Notes: generated from the letters alone by a model not told the origin. Shown: positions 38,124 to 53,211, counted from the stretch's first letter. The stretch: DNA of 64,000 nucleotides from Octopus sinensis (GCF_006345805.1 NC_043008.1:63922001-63986000); one strand, 5' to 3'. Translations and numbers: made by a program.

Positions 38124-39470
38124 CATTGTAGTGTGGAAGATGCTTGTAAGCCATTTAAGAACTCACAAAAACCGTTAGTTTCATTTAAATCTAATTTGTG
38201 TGAAAATATGTTTGTCACTTTCAAACTATGATCTGTTCATTGACAAAACTTTGTGCCATTTTTGCTTCAGCACACCATCTCAGATCAAGTCACTTGCTAT
38301 CCAAGTACATTTCTCTCTCTCTCTCACTATATATATATATATATATATGGCGGTGTCCCAGCATGGCCACAGCTCGTGAGCTGAAACTAGATAAAATAAA
38401 TAGATAAAATAAATAAAATTAAAATATATATATATACATACACACACACATATATATACTTTATTAAAAAGCAGCAAAAATATCTTCCCACAAACAGTGC
38501 CCCACTGACCCTACTATACTGTGTAGTAGACATAATGAAAGATAAACAATGTGCACGTGCAAAATTAAAAACATAAAATGGTGATGGTTTACCCATCACA
38601 CCCTCTGTGTGTGTGCATGTGTAAGTACTTTGCTTAGGCATTGCAATACAAATAATTTGATGCTAGAAGTTTGTTTAGAAACTCCAAGGAAGCTATAAGC
38701 TGATGCACAAACACTCAGATCTGAGTGAACCTCATCTTGCAACAGAAACAGCTGTAAGCAAACATAATTACTTGCATAATTTCCTGTTTCTTTGCAATTT
38801 ATTGTGTGTGTTTGCATTATTTGTGCGTTTGTCTGTTTGTACTTTTGTCTGTGTAGCAATATGACAGACTTGTGTACAGTTTCCATCTGCTAAATTGAAG
38901 TTACAAGACATTGGTCAACCAAATGATTTGTTGGAAAATATTTGACCATGCAGTCAGGAAAATATTTGATCATGCAATCATGACTGCATCATATTGAGAC
39001 AGAGTTTCCATAATCAAAATATCATGTTGTATGTTTTTTTAATAAACAGCATTATGTAAACTCGTTAATATGGTGACTGAGTTATAATATTTTTATTAAT
39101 GAAAACAGTTGCAAAATAGCTATTTAATTTTTTTTTTATTTTCAAAAATTTCTTTGAATCATTGGACTACAGCCATGCTTGATAAAGCCTTGAAGGTTTA
39201 ATCATTCAAATCAGCCTTGGTTCATATTATAAGTTGTCTAATGCATATTTTGTTGGTGTCTTTTAGTCAAGCTGCTGAGTTACAGTGACTTAAAGAAATC
39301 AACAACAGTCGTTAGTGGTAAACAAACACATGCACATAAATAAGCATATTTATATCCATATGTGTTTGTGTGCATATATGTGCATGTGTATATATCTATG
39401 TATACATATATGTGCATATATATATGTACGAACATATGGATGTACGTATGTATATCTATATATATTTATG

Positions 39471-39624
39471 TACACCGGAGTAAACACATAAATGTGAAAC
39501 AAGGTGGAAAAAAAGAGTACTCAAATACCAGGGGTAGAGTAATATGCTTTATTTAAAAGCAGCAGAAATTCAACAAAACCTGTCACTCGGAGTTTCACGT
39601 TCCCGTTCGTCGGACAATTTTGTT
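39471..39624 (-). mobile_element. Penelope-like pLTR fragment with hammerhead variant (39575-39621)
   Basis: Minus strand reads aaaattgt CCGACGA acg-ggaa-cgt GAAA ctc-c-gag TG acaggtttt. Confidence 0.55.
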
Positions 39625-40886
39625 AAAAACAGTGACAAACAAAACATATGCTGCCAGAAGTTGTTGTTGACAAACAACTGCAGTAATTTTATTCAGCTGA
39701 ATACACCCCATTGATTGGTTGAAATTACCTAAATACTACAACTTTAACAAGAAATAACTTCCAAAATACAGAATTTTCTCAACAAGAGTAAAAGATGTTT
39801 TATGTGACACATTCTACCAGTATACGAAGTTTGAAAGTATTTAGTTATAAAAAATTATTTTTTAAATCTGTCGGTCAAACGGTAAAGATCCCTAAGAGCA
39901 ATAACATTCTAATTCATTGAGCAACCGACACATGTGTATAAAATTTTATGAACTTATTTAAAAATATATCTTTCATGAAGAAGAAGAATACACCAAAAGC
40001 ACTTACTCTGAGAGCCATGTTCTTTTGACCTTTCCCCGCTTTAATGGTAATACTCAAGATTTCAAATAATTACTGTTAATTTTAATCATTTTATTAATTC
40101 ATTCTTTTGACTTTTATAGTATCAATCATCCGAATTATTGAAATGTTGTTTGTTTCATTACAATTAAACACAAGCTTTCTCTGAATAATATCATGTATAT
40201 TATGTTGGAAGCTACCCAAAACTGAACAAGTAACTTTTCAGAAAGGTTAAGTCTATTAGGTTCATTCTAATTATTTATACAATCTACAACCAATGGCAAT
40301 AAATACAAAAGAATGTTAATAAATGGAAATCTTTGCAGACTATTATATATGTAGTTACATATTTTTCGAGTGAGCAAATTATATAGATTACACTCATAGA
40401 CACACATACATATACATATGTGCATATACACACATATACACACATACACACTCACACACACTCTCTCTCTCTCAAACACACAGACACACACATATTGTAA
40501 AGGTACTTGGCTCAGTGGTTAGAGCATCGGGCTCAAGATAATGGGACAGTGAGTTCAATTCTCTGACCAGGCTGTGTGTTGTGTTCTTGAGCAAGACACT
40601 TTATTTTACATTGCTCCAGCTAACTCAGCTGTAGAAATGAGCTGCAATGTCACAGGTGCCAAGTTGTATCGGTCTTTGCCTTTTCTCTGGATAACATCAG
40701 TCTCATGGAGAGGGGAGGCCAGTATGCATGGGCAACTGCTGGTCTTCCATAAACAACCTTGCCTGGACTTGTGCCTCGGAGGGGAACTTTCTAGGTGGAA
40801 TCCCATGGTCATCCATGACCGAAGGGGGGGTCTTTACTCTTTATATATTATATTATATATCTTGTATATAATATATGTATATATAT

Positions 40887-40917
<31 letters not shown>

Positions 40918-41246
40918 TGTATATTATATATACAGATGTATTTGCATATATGTATACATGCAGACACACACACACATATATAAACAGAGAAGAGATGGTG
41001 GAGACTCAAGGTTAGCTTTAAGGATAACATATAGACATTGCAATCAAATGGTTAACGAATTTGATCCCACTGCAGTGCACACTGGGCCTGTTAATAATAT
41101 TTTTTAAAATTTGGAATTTATTGCGTTTTTAAATTTTGGAATCTTTTTTTTTTTGAGAATTCTATTTTTGAATCATTTTGGAATCTATTTTGATTTTTTT
41201 TTCTAGTTAATTTTAGTTAATTTTTGCTTTGTTTCAGATCATTAAA

Positions 41247-42370
41247 ATGGAATGTTAAGTTAAGAAAAGAATAATGAGCATATCCAACACATCCTTCTGT
41301 TTGGTTTTGACCAAGGTTTGAAGGCCACAAAAGCTGCTTGTGACATTTGTGCTGTATATGGTAATGGTGCCATAGTTGAAAGAACCACTTGTGATTGGAA
41401 TACCAAGTTCAAAAATGGAAATTTTGACCTCAAAGACGCATCTCATTCTGGCCGTGTAGTTGAGTTCAATGAAGAGTGATTAAACCAACTTTTGCACGAA
41501 AATTCTCATCAATCAACAAGGGAACTGGCAGAGAAAATGGAATGCTTCCACACTGCTATAGAGAAGCATCTTCACTCGATGGGAAAGGTTCAGAAGTATA
41601 GAGCATGGGTTCCGTATGCTTTAAGTGACTACAACAAAAACCAACGAGCCACAATCTCTACTGGTTTGCTTGCTCTTCACTGCTCAACTCATGGACACAA
41701 GCAATGATTTCTTTACCGAATTGTTACTGGTGATGAAAAATGGTGCCTGTACATCAATATGAAGCAGCATAAGGAATGGCTTAGCCCCGGTAAATAAGCG
41801 ACACCACACATGAAACAAGATCTTCATCTACGTAAAACGATGTTGTGCATATGGTGGGACTGGGAAGGGATTATCCATTATGAATTGTTTTAATGGAACC
41901 AAACGGTCAATGCAGAACTCTATGTTCAGCAGATGGAATGACTCAACATGGCTATTCAAGAGAAAAGACCTAATCGGCAGCTTGGAGTTCTTCTGCTGCA
42001 TGACAACTCCTGCCCTCGTATCACCAATATGACCAAGGAAGCCATTCAAATGTATGGCTGGGAAGTGCTGCCACACCTGCCATACTCTCCTGATTTGGCA
42101 CCAATAGATTTCCACATTACTCTCTTTCAAATGCTATGCATGGAGTTTTGTTCAATACTGAGGGAGAATTGAGAGCTTGGTTGGATCAATTTTTTGAGTC
42201 AAAATCAGGTGAATTCTACCCATAAGGTATTGAAAATCTTGTTGAACGTTGGGAAGAAGTTGTAAACAACAAGGGTGAATACATTATTGATTAATTAGTT
42301 GTTATTTCATATTAAACCTTTTCGAAAATTTGAATTTTAAAACATGGCAGGAACTTAGTTGCCAACCCAA
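41247..42370 (+). pseudogene. Decayed mariner transposase with right TIR
   Basis: STRELAEKM, WVPYALS, VTGDEKW, LLLHDNSCP and LPHLPYSPDLAPIDFH motifs; stop at ~42292-42294; TIR ggaacttagttgccaacccaa followed by TA. Confidence 0.85.
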
Positions 42371-42797
42371 TATTATCTATTTAACAACTAACTTGCCTAA
42401 ATTCTTCCTGAAAGAGTAATGAAAGTCTCACACTTATATTAACAAAGGACCATACAATGCACTCATATTTTTTAAGAAATTCCATTAACTATATTTATTT
42501 TCAAATAAAGAATTCATCTTCAAAATAAAGTTATCTTTAATAAGGCAGCCTCTTAGTGTAATAAAGTTTTACTTGCAAATGAATTCAAGGACAAAATTAT
42601 TTATTTATTTATCTCTATGATGTCAACCACCAAAATATTTGCCAAAAAATTTGTAGAAATATTTATATGATTTACCTTTTGTTAAACCTAAAATCGCAAA
42701 AACTTTACACACATAAAACATAAATATTCGAAGCTATTAAACAATCTTTACTTAAGCTACTGTTATACGACAAATATAATGAAAATATTTCCTATTT

Positions 42798-43200
42798 ATA
42801 GGTGTAGGAATGGCTGTGTGGTAAGTAGCTTGCTTACAAACCACATGGTTCTGGGTTTAGTCCCACTGCATGGCACCTTGAGCAAGTGTCTTCTACTATA
42901 GCCTCGGGCCAACCAAAGCCTTGTGAGTGGATTTAGTAGATGGAAACTGAAAGAAGCCCATCGTATATATGTATATATATATATGCATGTGTGTGTTTGT
43001 GTGTCTGTGTTTGTCCCCCCAACATTGCTTGACATCCGATGCTGGTGTGTTTACATCCCCATAACTTGGCAGTTCGGCAAAAGAGACTGATAGAATAAGT
43101 TCTAGGCTTATAAAGAATAATTCCTGGGGTCGATTTGCTCGACTAAAGGTGGTGCTCCATCAGGGCCACAGTCAAATGACTGAAATAAGTAAAAGAGTAA
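42798..43200 (+). mobile_element. SINE family A
   Basis: Homology to 17155-17604. Confidence 0.85.
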
Positions 43201-43425
43201 TGTAGGATGAATAATGATACTGAGCTCAGATAATAAATTTATAAATGAAGAATGAAGAAAACATTGCACAAATTTCAAACCAAAGTGCAAAATGGTGAAC
43301 TATAACTTCAATTGTCCATAATGCAAAATGAACCCTCTGTACCACAGTAAGTGTGTGAAAGTGTGAAGAGTAAATCCACAAAAACCAGTTGATGCATATC
43401 TAACATCACTTTTTTCTTTTTCTTT

Positions 43426-43651
43426 CTTTTATTTGTTTCAGTTATTTGACTGCGGCCATGCTGGAGCACCGCCTTTAGTCGAAGAAATCGACCCCAGGAC
43501 TTATTCTTTGTAAGCCTAGTACTTATTTTATTGGTCTCTTTTGCTAAACTGCTAAGTTACGGGGACGTAAACACACCAGCATCAGTTGTCAAGTGATGCT
43601 AGGGGGACAAACACAGACACACAAACACACACACACATACACACACACACA

Positions 43652-43703
<52 letters not shown>

Positions 43704-43867
43704 GACGAGCTTCTTTCAGTTTCTGTCTACCAAATCCACTCACAAGGCTTTGGTCAGCCCAAGGCTATAGTAGAAGACACTTGCCCAAGGTGCCACGCAG
43801 TGGGACTGAACCCGGAACCATGTGGTTGGTAAGCAAGCTACTTACCACACAGCCACTCCTATGCCTA
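43426..43867 (-). mobile_element. SINE family A
   Basis: Reverse complement of family A. Confidence 0.85.
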
Positions 43868-46800
43868 TCACCTGATAGAGTCAATAAAGTGTTCCCTTGG
43901 ACAAATCAATGTAAGCTTAGATAATAAGTGAAGTGGGAGTGAAAAACAATACTTGATAGCATCATGTCCATTGATTTGATGACACTTTATAAACAATAAA
44001 ACTGGATCTCTTCCTGTCAGGTGTCCCAGATTAACTAACTTCATGGCAGGAGGTGCAGATGAGGGCAGCTGCATCAAACTCTCTCATGCACCAAATGGCA
44101 ATTGTTAAAAAGCACTCGTGAAGTAAAATCATGTAGCAACACCGAATGGCAGTGCCCCAGCATGGCCACAGCTCGTGAGCTGAAACTAGATAAAATAAAA
44201 TAAAATAAAATACAAATAAAATGTTTTGTGTCAAGACAACTGGAGTTGTCTCAGTTTCTATAGTTACAAAATATGTTGCTATTCATTTCTCTTCAAACTT
44301 AAGTAAATCCTGACTGAATAGGCCATAATCAAAAGTATTTAAGTTTTGCTATTTCATCACATTTTAAGACTAATGTATCAAAGACTACATAAGATAGTGA
44401 GGCATGATTTGAATGAAACTTGGTTGTTATTTCTAGCAGGTGATCAAACACTCATGAGCTCATCATTTTAGCCAAACTATGATTTAAGAGGGATTTATTT
44501 TCTATTTCTAGCATGCCAAGTAATTCTGTAAAAAGTTGTAATCGGTGATATTGTTGTTTTGCACTTTTCTTTCAATTTTTTTTTGGAAACATACTGTTTT
44601 TGTTTCAACTATTTATGAATTTATTAAAATAACTGAACATAAATCAACATGAATTATTGCTGGAAAGTTCTAATTTAGATAACTTTAAAATAGTAAATTT
44701 GCATCATAGAACCAAAAGCATTTTCCAGAAGATTTGTATCCAAAAGTTTAGACTAAAATCACCCTTGTTTGATCAGATTTATAAACTAAGGCTTTGCAGC
44801 TATGATTATCTATGCTTGTTTCCCAATATATCTTTATCTTTAAAATCATGGGATGGGATTTGAGGAAGATTTAACTGTTGTTTCTGGCAGGTCAACCAAC
44901 AACATAAAAAAGGTGTTATTTTGTTTGAGATTAGTTCTGATCTAATACTCCTTTGATCAAACCCAATTACCCTTTCTACCCAACAGCAAAAGCGTACCTA
45001 TAGTTAGAAATAGGTATAAGTATTTGCTTGTTTTGAATTCCTAGTCCAGAATGAATCCTAAATTCTTGTATTTAATATATAGCTTTTTGTATCATTCATA
45101 TGGTATATTATTGGAAAATTATGCAATAGATGTTTCTCAGAATGTCTATATTTCTCAGAAATTTTGAAATAGGTTTGATACTTTTCGAGGATGCGGTGTT
45201 GCTCTGTTGTGCAAAGATAACATTTTATTTTCATTTCTTGAAGATTAGCATACAATAATCTCTCATTTAACAATAGTATTAGAAAATCTTTTCTTTAATT
45301 ACCTGATGTAGTAAGCTTATTTTGTTAGATTTCACTCATCAATGTATGAAATAAAAGCATGCCTATATATCGTTTTTGCGCTTCATTGAGGTTTACTTTA
45401 TAAAAGTAACCCTGCTTCATAAATTATGGTGTCTATATTTCAAAACCGAGATAGTGGTTATTTTTTGGCATTTCTGTATAAAGACATGTCCATATAATTT
45501 ATGGGTCTGTATATGATATTGGTTTCAAATTTTGGCACCAGGAAAGTGCAGGTCTATTACATTGACCCCAGTACTTAACTGGTAATTATTTTATCGACCC
45601 TGAAAGGATGAAAGGCAAAGTCGACCTTGGTAGAATTTGAAATAAGTATAAAGACAGATGAAATTCCACCAAAATATTGCCTGGTGAGCTAAGGATTCTG
45701 CCATCTCACTACCTTAGCAACTCTTTACTCCTTTACTCTTTTAGCACAAGGCCAGCAGCTTCGAGACTGCAGGTAAGTTGATTATATCAACTCCAATGCC
45801 CAACTGGTACTTATTTCATCAACTGTAAAAAGATGAAAGCCAAGTTGACCTTGGTGGAATTTGAACTCAAAATGTGCAAATTGATGAAATACTGCTGAGC
45901 ATTTCGCCTGATGTTCTAGGTATTCTGGCCTCTCTGATTTTACAATGGTTTCAAATTTTGGCACAAGGCCAGCAATTTCTGGGAAGGTATAAGTTGATTA
46001 TGTCGATCCAGTAAGTAGCAGCATTCAACTGGTACTTACACTGGTGAAAATAAATTTAAGAGCGATGATAAAAGTTCTATTTCTTACAAAATATTTTGTT
46101 ACTAACACCATACAAATTATTTCTATCTTTTACACCTTATGCAGAATTTATTTCTCTTTCGAATGATGCAGGCAATAACTATTTCTATACAACTTGAAGA
46201 ATTCTAATGCTAAATTAATATAAATGTTTCAAATTTACCATCAAAAAGACCATGTAATATGTATGCAAATTTTTTTGCCAAAATGGGTGGTCACACAACT
46301 AGCCTAACTGCACTATATAGTGTTATAGTTTAACATTATTATACAAAATATTTTGTTAGAAATAGAACTTTTATCATTGGTCTTAAATTTATTTTCGCCA
46401 GTGTATTTTATCGACTTCGAAAGGATGAAAGGCAACATTGACTTCAGCGGAAATTGAACTCAGAATGTGCAGACAGATGAAATGCTGTTAAGCATTTTGC
46501 CAACCTTTCTAACGATTTTGCCAGCTTGCAGCCTTGTTTCATTTTTTTATATCTTTATCTGTATCCAAGTTTTAAAGCAGACATATTAAATCCCAGCATG
46601 TCATAACAGATGATATAATTGTAGCTGATACTGAAGAACTGTCCAACACATGCCAGCATGGAGAAGCAGGCGTAAAATACTGATGTTGAATGGCTATGGT
46701 TATATAACTTCTTGTGTAATATTTACAAATATAATCAGAGATATTGATATTCAAATATGGAAATCAGGTGACCTCCAAGTCATTGTAACTTGACCTAGCA

Positions 46801-47065
46801 GATACTTTCCAATAACTCTAATCAGAAGAAAGAGAGAGAGAGAGAGAGAGAGCGATAAAATGAGACAGAAATAAAGAGAGAGAGAGAGAGAGAGTAATAG
46901 AGTATGAGTGAGAGAGAAAGAGACAGAATATTTTATATTTCATGCATACGCCAAAGTTTTATACTAATTCTACCAAAACATGTAAACATGCACACATATA
47001 TAAATGCACACATGCATATATTTTCAGGTATCATAAAGCTACATTTTCAGAAATCTATTCAATAG

Positions 47066-47157
47066 GTGGAAGAATGCTTCCTATCAGTACATATTGAATC
47101 AGTAGGATTGAAGGAAGCACTGGATCAGTTATCAGTCACTTCATTATCATTGGAAGA
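47066..47157 (+). other. Candidate coding exon of unknown gene or pseudogene
   Basis: caatag|GTG...GA|gtgagt with open frame VEECFLSVHIESVGLKEALDQLSVTSLSLE; no recognisable family. Confidence 0.25.
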
Positions 47158-48351
47158 GTGAGTTTCTGTTGTCATTTTATTTTCGAGTTAAGTGTCACTG
47201 AACCACTCAAGTAAAAGGTTAACTACAGTTAAGTTATGTGTTCACACTGCTCTAAACTTTTTCTTTTGTTGTTTTTGTTTTGTTTTACTTTCTACAGCTG
47301 TTGTTGTTTTTTTTAAAATTTTTTTTCTTTAATTTTCTCATCTTACCATTACTAATACTTATATGTTTATGAAATATATAGAAAAATTTTAGATTTTTAT
47401 CATATATCTCTTTGAAAATAAATCGATATTTTTGAAATGATAACTTAGCAGAAAGATTATGTGTATATATATATGTATTTTTTAAATTCTTTTCTTTCTT
47501 ATAGCAAAGCTACTGGTTTCATAGAAAAATTAAAAGTCAAAAAGCAATATAATATGAATATTTTGTAGCATGAATAAAGAAAAATATAAGTAGTGTGTGT
47601 CAAAAATATTTCTAATTAAAAGATCAGATTTAGCAAAAGTTTATGAGAATGGTATTTGGTGAAGATTATGCTTTTCAAAGAAGTTGGTAAGACTATCAAG
47701 CTGACAGTGACAGATGACAATGTAATCAATACTTAAAACAACAAGAAAAATGAGAGTAAAAAGAAAAGATTTTCCACTACCTTTCAGTTGAAAAACTTGG
47801 TCGATGAACTTCCATATTCAGTGAGATTAGGAAAAGAAAAAGGACAGTTGGTTGCTTAATATAATGCTGATTCATTTTCCATGCTTGGATAGTTTTATAT
47901 TTCGTTCTATTTATTTCCTGTTTTTTTTTTTCTCTCTTCCATATTACTTTACTAATATCATTGGGTAATACTGAAAGTCAGAAAGAAATTTGATGAGTTG
48001 AGTCTCAATAAACTTTCTGAGAGCAATACTAAAGTATGATACATATTTTGCAACTTGGTAGAATTAAGTAAGAAATTCAATATTTCCCTGCTCAAACAGA
48101 ATATCTGTGACATATTGGATTGAATATTCCATATTCTATTATGTTAATGATTTAATCCCGGTTAATCTTAAGCCATAAATGGTATAAATTTATGCTACTC
48201 AATAAAGAAGAGCAGCCGGCATTACAACAATATGTTCTAAACAAAGATTAAAATATATTTTATAAAATATTTCATCCTGTACAGGTGTCTTGTGCATGTT
48301 GTTCTTGATAATCAACTCCAGGGCAGTTCTCTTTCTGTACACCTATATTAA

Positions 48352-48650
48352 GTGGAGGCACATGCCTAGTGATTAGAGCAGTGGACTTGCAGTCGAGGGA
48401 TCATGGGTTCGAATCTTAGATTGGGCAACGTATGTGTTTATGAGTGAAAAACCTAAGCTCCATGCAGCTCCGGCAGAAGGTAATGACGAACTTCTGCTGA
48501 CTCTTTTGCCACAACTTTCTCTCACTCTTTCCTCTTGCATCTTACAGCTCACTTGCAATGGACCAGCGTCCCATCCAGGCGTCCCTATACGCCAAGGAAA
48601 CCGAGATACCAGTCCTTATGAGCCAGGCGTGGCTCGAGAAGGAACAAACA
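48352..48650 (+). mobile_element. tRNA-derived SINE (family C-related head)
   Basis: gtggaggcacatgcctagtgattagagcag...gggttcgaatc; shares aaacctaagctcc...ctccggcag with 61084. Confidence 0.7.
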
Positions 48651-48738
48651 AAACACCTATAATAAACGGTGTTCTAGATATGAATTTCTCATCTTCCATT
48701 TTTTGACATGATGTCTCTTGAACTTCATTATGTAATAC

Positions 48739-48851
48739 TCTACTCTTTTGCTGAACCGCTAAGTTACGGGGACATAAACACACCAGCATCAGTTGTCAAG
48801 CAATGCTGGGGAGACACACACACATACATATACATATATATATATATATAC

Positions 48852-48902
<51 letters not shown>

Positions 48903-49068
48903 CATATATGCAACGGGCTTCTTTCAGTTTCCATCTACCAAATCCAATCACAAGGCTATGGTCGGCCCAAGGTTATAGTAGAAGACACTTGCCCAAGGTG
49001 CCATGCAGTGGGAGTGAACCCAGAACCATGTGGTTGGTAAGCAAGTTACTTACCACACAGCCACTCCT
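48739..49068 (-). mobile_element. SINE family A
   Basis: Reverse complement of family A. Confidence 0.8.
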
Positions 49069-49334
49069 CTTTTTTTTAAACTGTACAATATGATTTGAGA
49101 AAGATTTAATTCCAATTTCTAGCAACCTAACTCTTTAGATACAGAACAACCTGTGATCACCTCTACTTCTATGATTCAAATGGTCTGTTTTAAAGTGATC
49201 TTAATTAAAACCTTCCATCAAGATTTCCTGTTAATTTATTTTCCAAACACAAGTATAATACTGACAAAGTTATTTCAATGAATTTTTCATTATTTTCAAA
49301 ACTAACTGAAACAAAGGTGATGAAAGAATGGAAC

Positions 49335-49660
49335 AGCCTGCTCTTGAATTAAACGTGCAAGTGGCTGAGCACTCCACAGACATGTGTACCCTTAACGTAG
49401 TTCTTGGAGAGATTCAGCATGACACAGAGTGTGACAAGGCTGGCCCTTTGAAATACAGGTACAGCAAAAACAGGAAGAAAGAGTGAGAGAATGTTGTGGT
49501 GAAATAGTACAGCAGGGTTCGCCACCACCCCTTGCTGGAGCCTTGTGGAACTTTAGGTGTTTTCACTCAATAAACACTCACAACACCTGGTCTGGGAATC
49601 AAAATCACAATCCTACAATCGCGAGTCTGCTGCCCTTACCACTGGGCCATTGCGCCTCCA
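49335..49660 (-). mobile_element. SINE family C
   Basis: Reverse complement of 61084-61400. Confidence 0.8.
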
Positions 49661-50139
49661 CAAAGGTAATGTGCTTCAACAGAAATATGGTAACACAATG
49701 GTAACATAATCAATTAAAGATATCTTCATTGATGTGTTTGAATGTTCTAAATTAATATTGAACTCTTAGATACTATGATTTTTCAAAACCCAATTGTTAT
49801 CAAATCTGCAACATTTTCTAATTAGAGAACAACACTCTTGTAAAGATTTGTTTTAAAGTATGAACAAGTAAAAATTCAAATTCAAATACTACCAGTCTAC
49901 TTATTTTTCAGTTATAATTATCTTCCAAGATAACAAGCATTTTTAGTCAATCATTACACATACTTCAAAAATCAGTTCCATTTTTACTAATAATAATCTA
50001 CTTTTACCATCATGACCATTTAATATCCATCTTCTATATTGTCATGTGTAAGACTATTTACTAATAATGATTATTGCCATCTATTATGAAATTTATTTAA
50101 CAGTTTCAGCATCCAGTGGCTGGTCTACTTTCTTTAGGT

Positions 50140-50780
50140 GTAGGTGTGGCTGTGTGGTAAGAAGCTTGCTTTCCAACCACATGGTTCTGAGTTCAGTCCC
50201 ATTACATGCCACCTTCGGCAAGTGTCTTCTTTTATAGCCTTGAGCTTAGTAAAACCTTGTGAGTGGATTTGGTAAACAGAAACTGAAAGAAGCCCATTAT
50301 ATATGTAGGTGTGTGTATATGTGTGTGTGTGTATTTATATGTGTGTGTCTTTGTGTTTGTTCCCCCAGTATTGCTTAACAACTTATTTCTTTACTACCCA
50401 CAAGTGGCTAAACACAGAGAGGACAAACAAGGACAGACAAACAGATTGAATCAATTATATCGACCCCAGTGCGTAACTGGTACTTAATTTATCGACCCCA
50501 AAAGGATGAAAGGCAAAGTCGACCTCGGTGGAATTTGAACCTCAGAACATAATGGCAGACAAAATACGGCTACGCATTTCGCCCGGTGTGCTAACGTTTC
50601 TGCCAGCTCGCCACCTTATGTTAGTGTGTTTACATCTCCGCAACTTAGCAGTTCAGCAAAAGATACCAATAGAATAAGTACCAGGCTTACAAAGAATAAA
50701 TTCTGGGGTCAATTTCTTCAACTAAAAGGTAGTGCCCAGCATGGCTACAGTCAAATGACTGAAACAAGTAAAAGAATAAC
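50140..50780 (+). mobile_element. SINE family A interrupted by an inverted family B SINE (50386-50616)
   Basis: Family A head and tail flank a reverse-complement family B copy. Confidence 0.75.
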
Positions 50781-51085
50781 AGTAAAGCAACTGAGTATAA
50801 AAGACAATCTCCAAAAGTTCCATTTCAAATGGAAGTGTTGAATTATTCTCACTGTCTAAGACTACCCAACAATCATTCTTCTTTTGCACATTAAATTTTA
50901 AATTTGGCCTTCATGCCAGTGGCATGTAAAAGCACTTACTACACTCTTGGAGTAGTTGGTGTTAGGAAGGGCATCCAGCTGTAGAATTCTGCCAGACCAG
51001 ATTGGAGTCTGGTGCCGCCATCTGGTTCACCAGACCTCAGTCAAATCGCCCAACCCATGGTAGCATGGAAAGCAGACGTTAAACA

Positions 51086-51118
<33 letters not shown>

Positions 51119-53049
51119 TTGAACCAAAACTAGCTCTTCTAAAAACTAATCTTGTTATAAAATTTTTCAGGATTAATTTTGTTTTTTCACTGCTTTTGTG
51201 GATTCCCATGATTCTCTGTCACCATCCAATTCCATTATTAGGAATTTGGATTGGGAGCTTGAATCATAGTGAATCTCTCATTAGTTGACTACACAACCAT
51301 GGGCGCCACCCCTAACCAGATGCATTGCAGTTATTCTTTAGATATATCTTGGTGATTCTGACTGTTGACCTTCTAGGAATCCTCTGCACAGCATTAATGT
51401 AAGAAGCACCATTGGCTCAGTTGAGCGCTTCCACTACCTCATCGAATCCAGCACACTGCAGCCCCATTATTTTCCTATATCCCTGGCAGGGATGGCATCA
51501 GGATTAATAAGATGTGTTTATAGTCAGTGGAGAAGACAGTACCCCTTGACCTGTTACAGGGCCTCTGAGGCTGGTGGAATGGCAGGAAGTAGATATCCTC
51601 AAAACTGGATCTTGGCTTTAATGCTTGCAACTGAATGGACTCTGTTAAATGTATGCAAGGTGCTTTATGTGGGTGTAAAACCAGGTGACTGGTTAAATAT
51701 ACCACCCATGCAGACTGTGGTGGGATTTGAACTGAGAATGCAAAGAGCTGGATCAAATACTACAAGGGAAAAATATAGTCATACTTACATTTCTGCAAAT
51801 CCACAGCATTGGAGTGGTATTTTTGGGGGTGGGGGTCGGGTGAGTCTCAAAAATATGAAATGGAAAGTTGATCTTCATGAGATTTGAACTCACAGGGCAG
51901 AGAGTTGGAACAAATGCCACAAAGCTTTTTGTTTGATCCACTTGTAACACTGCTTATTCACAAGCTAAGATTAATAAAGATTCTAAGTAAGGACAATATT
52001 TCAGCAGTTGAATTGGGGGTTCAGTGCTAATCACGAGGATTTTATTGCTTCAAGACCCAGTGTCATTGAATAAGTCTTTCAGTGACCAGTGGAATGGGGA
52101 ATAGGGCAGAAGATGTCCATTGTCTGTTGTTGTAGTCGTAATGTGATATCAACTTCAGATATCTCAATCATAATGCTGATCTCTTATCAAAATGGTCGTT
52201 ATGATTTCTCGAAACTTCCAGACAAGAAGTCTTTACTGATCAACTCAGTAAACTAACATCAAAGTTATCTAAAAAGTATTTCACACTTCTACAATAACAA
52301 AGAAAATTTATCAAAGTAATCAATTGAATTTTGCTCTTCTCTGATGCCAAAGTCAAACTGAGAAAACCGGTATATTCTACTACCATAAGACACCACTCTT
52401 GTGTTATACCTGACTACTTCATGTCCATTAGCTTAACTCTACTCTCACATTTTCATATTTATGCCTTCTCTCTATTCAAATATTTATGTATAAGATATAG
52501 CTTAAAAGGGTTTATTTTATATTTCTTCCATTCATATTAACATTCAAACAATAAATTTATTCACAATGTTCAATATTATTTTTCCCCTCTCATGTTACAG
52601 TAATAATCTATTATCATTTATTCAACGATCCTTCTTGACATGTTATACAAGAGTCCTATCATTGTGACTATCAGTCGAAATTAAATCAGCACCAAATCTC
52701 ATTTTCTGCAGCTGAGGGAAGAGCCTATCCTATGTTAACATTTCCTTCTGATATACCAAAATATTTTAAAGTAATTTCTTATTCTCTATTATAAATTCTT
52801 TTTACCACCATACGTTTCAAACTACAAATTCTTTCAGCACCAGTTTTATCCATATTCTTCGCTACTGTCATTCAGTCCACCCACGCCGAGCATACTATAA
52901 ATAACTTGTCCGTTTCACTGCATTCTTTGAAATGGCACCTGCCAGTTTCAATGAACAATATTATTTCAAACTTTCATCTACTCAAAAAAATTCCTCAAAA
53001 ACTGGTGAATCTATGAAACTATTTTTACTATGAATCTGGCACACCTGCA

Positions 53050-53152
53050 TATATATATATATACATGTTATGTGTGTGTGTGTATGTATAATTTTATGTA
53101 CATATATATCTGTATATGTATCTATCTGTCTTTCTCTCCTTCTCTCTCTCTG

Positions 53153-53211
<59 letters not shown>

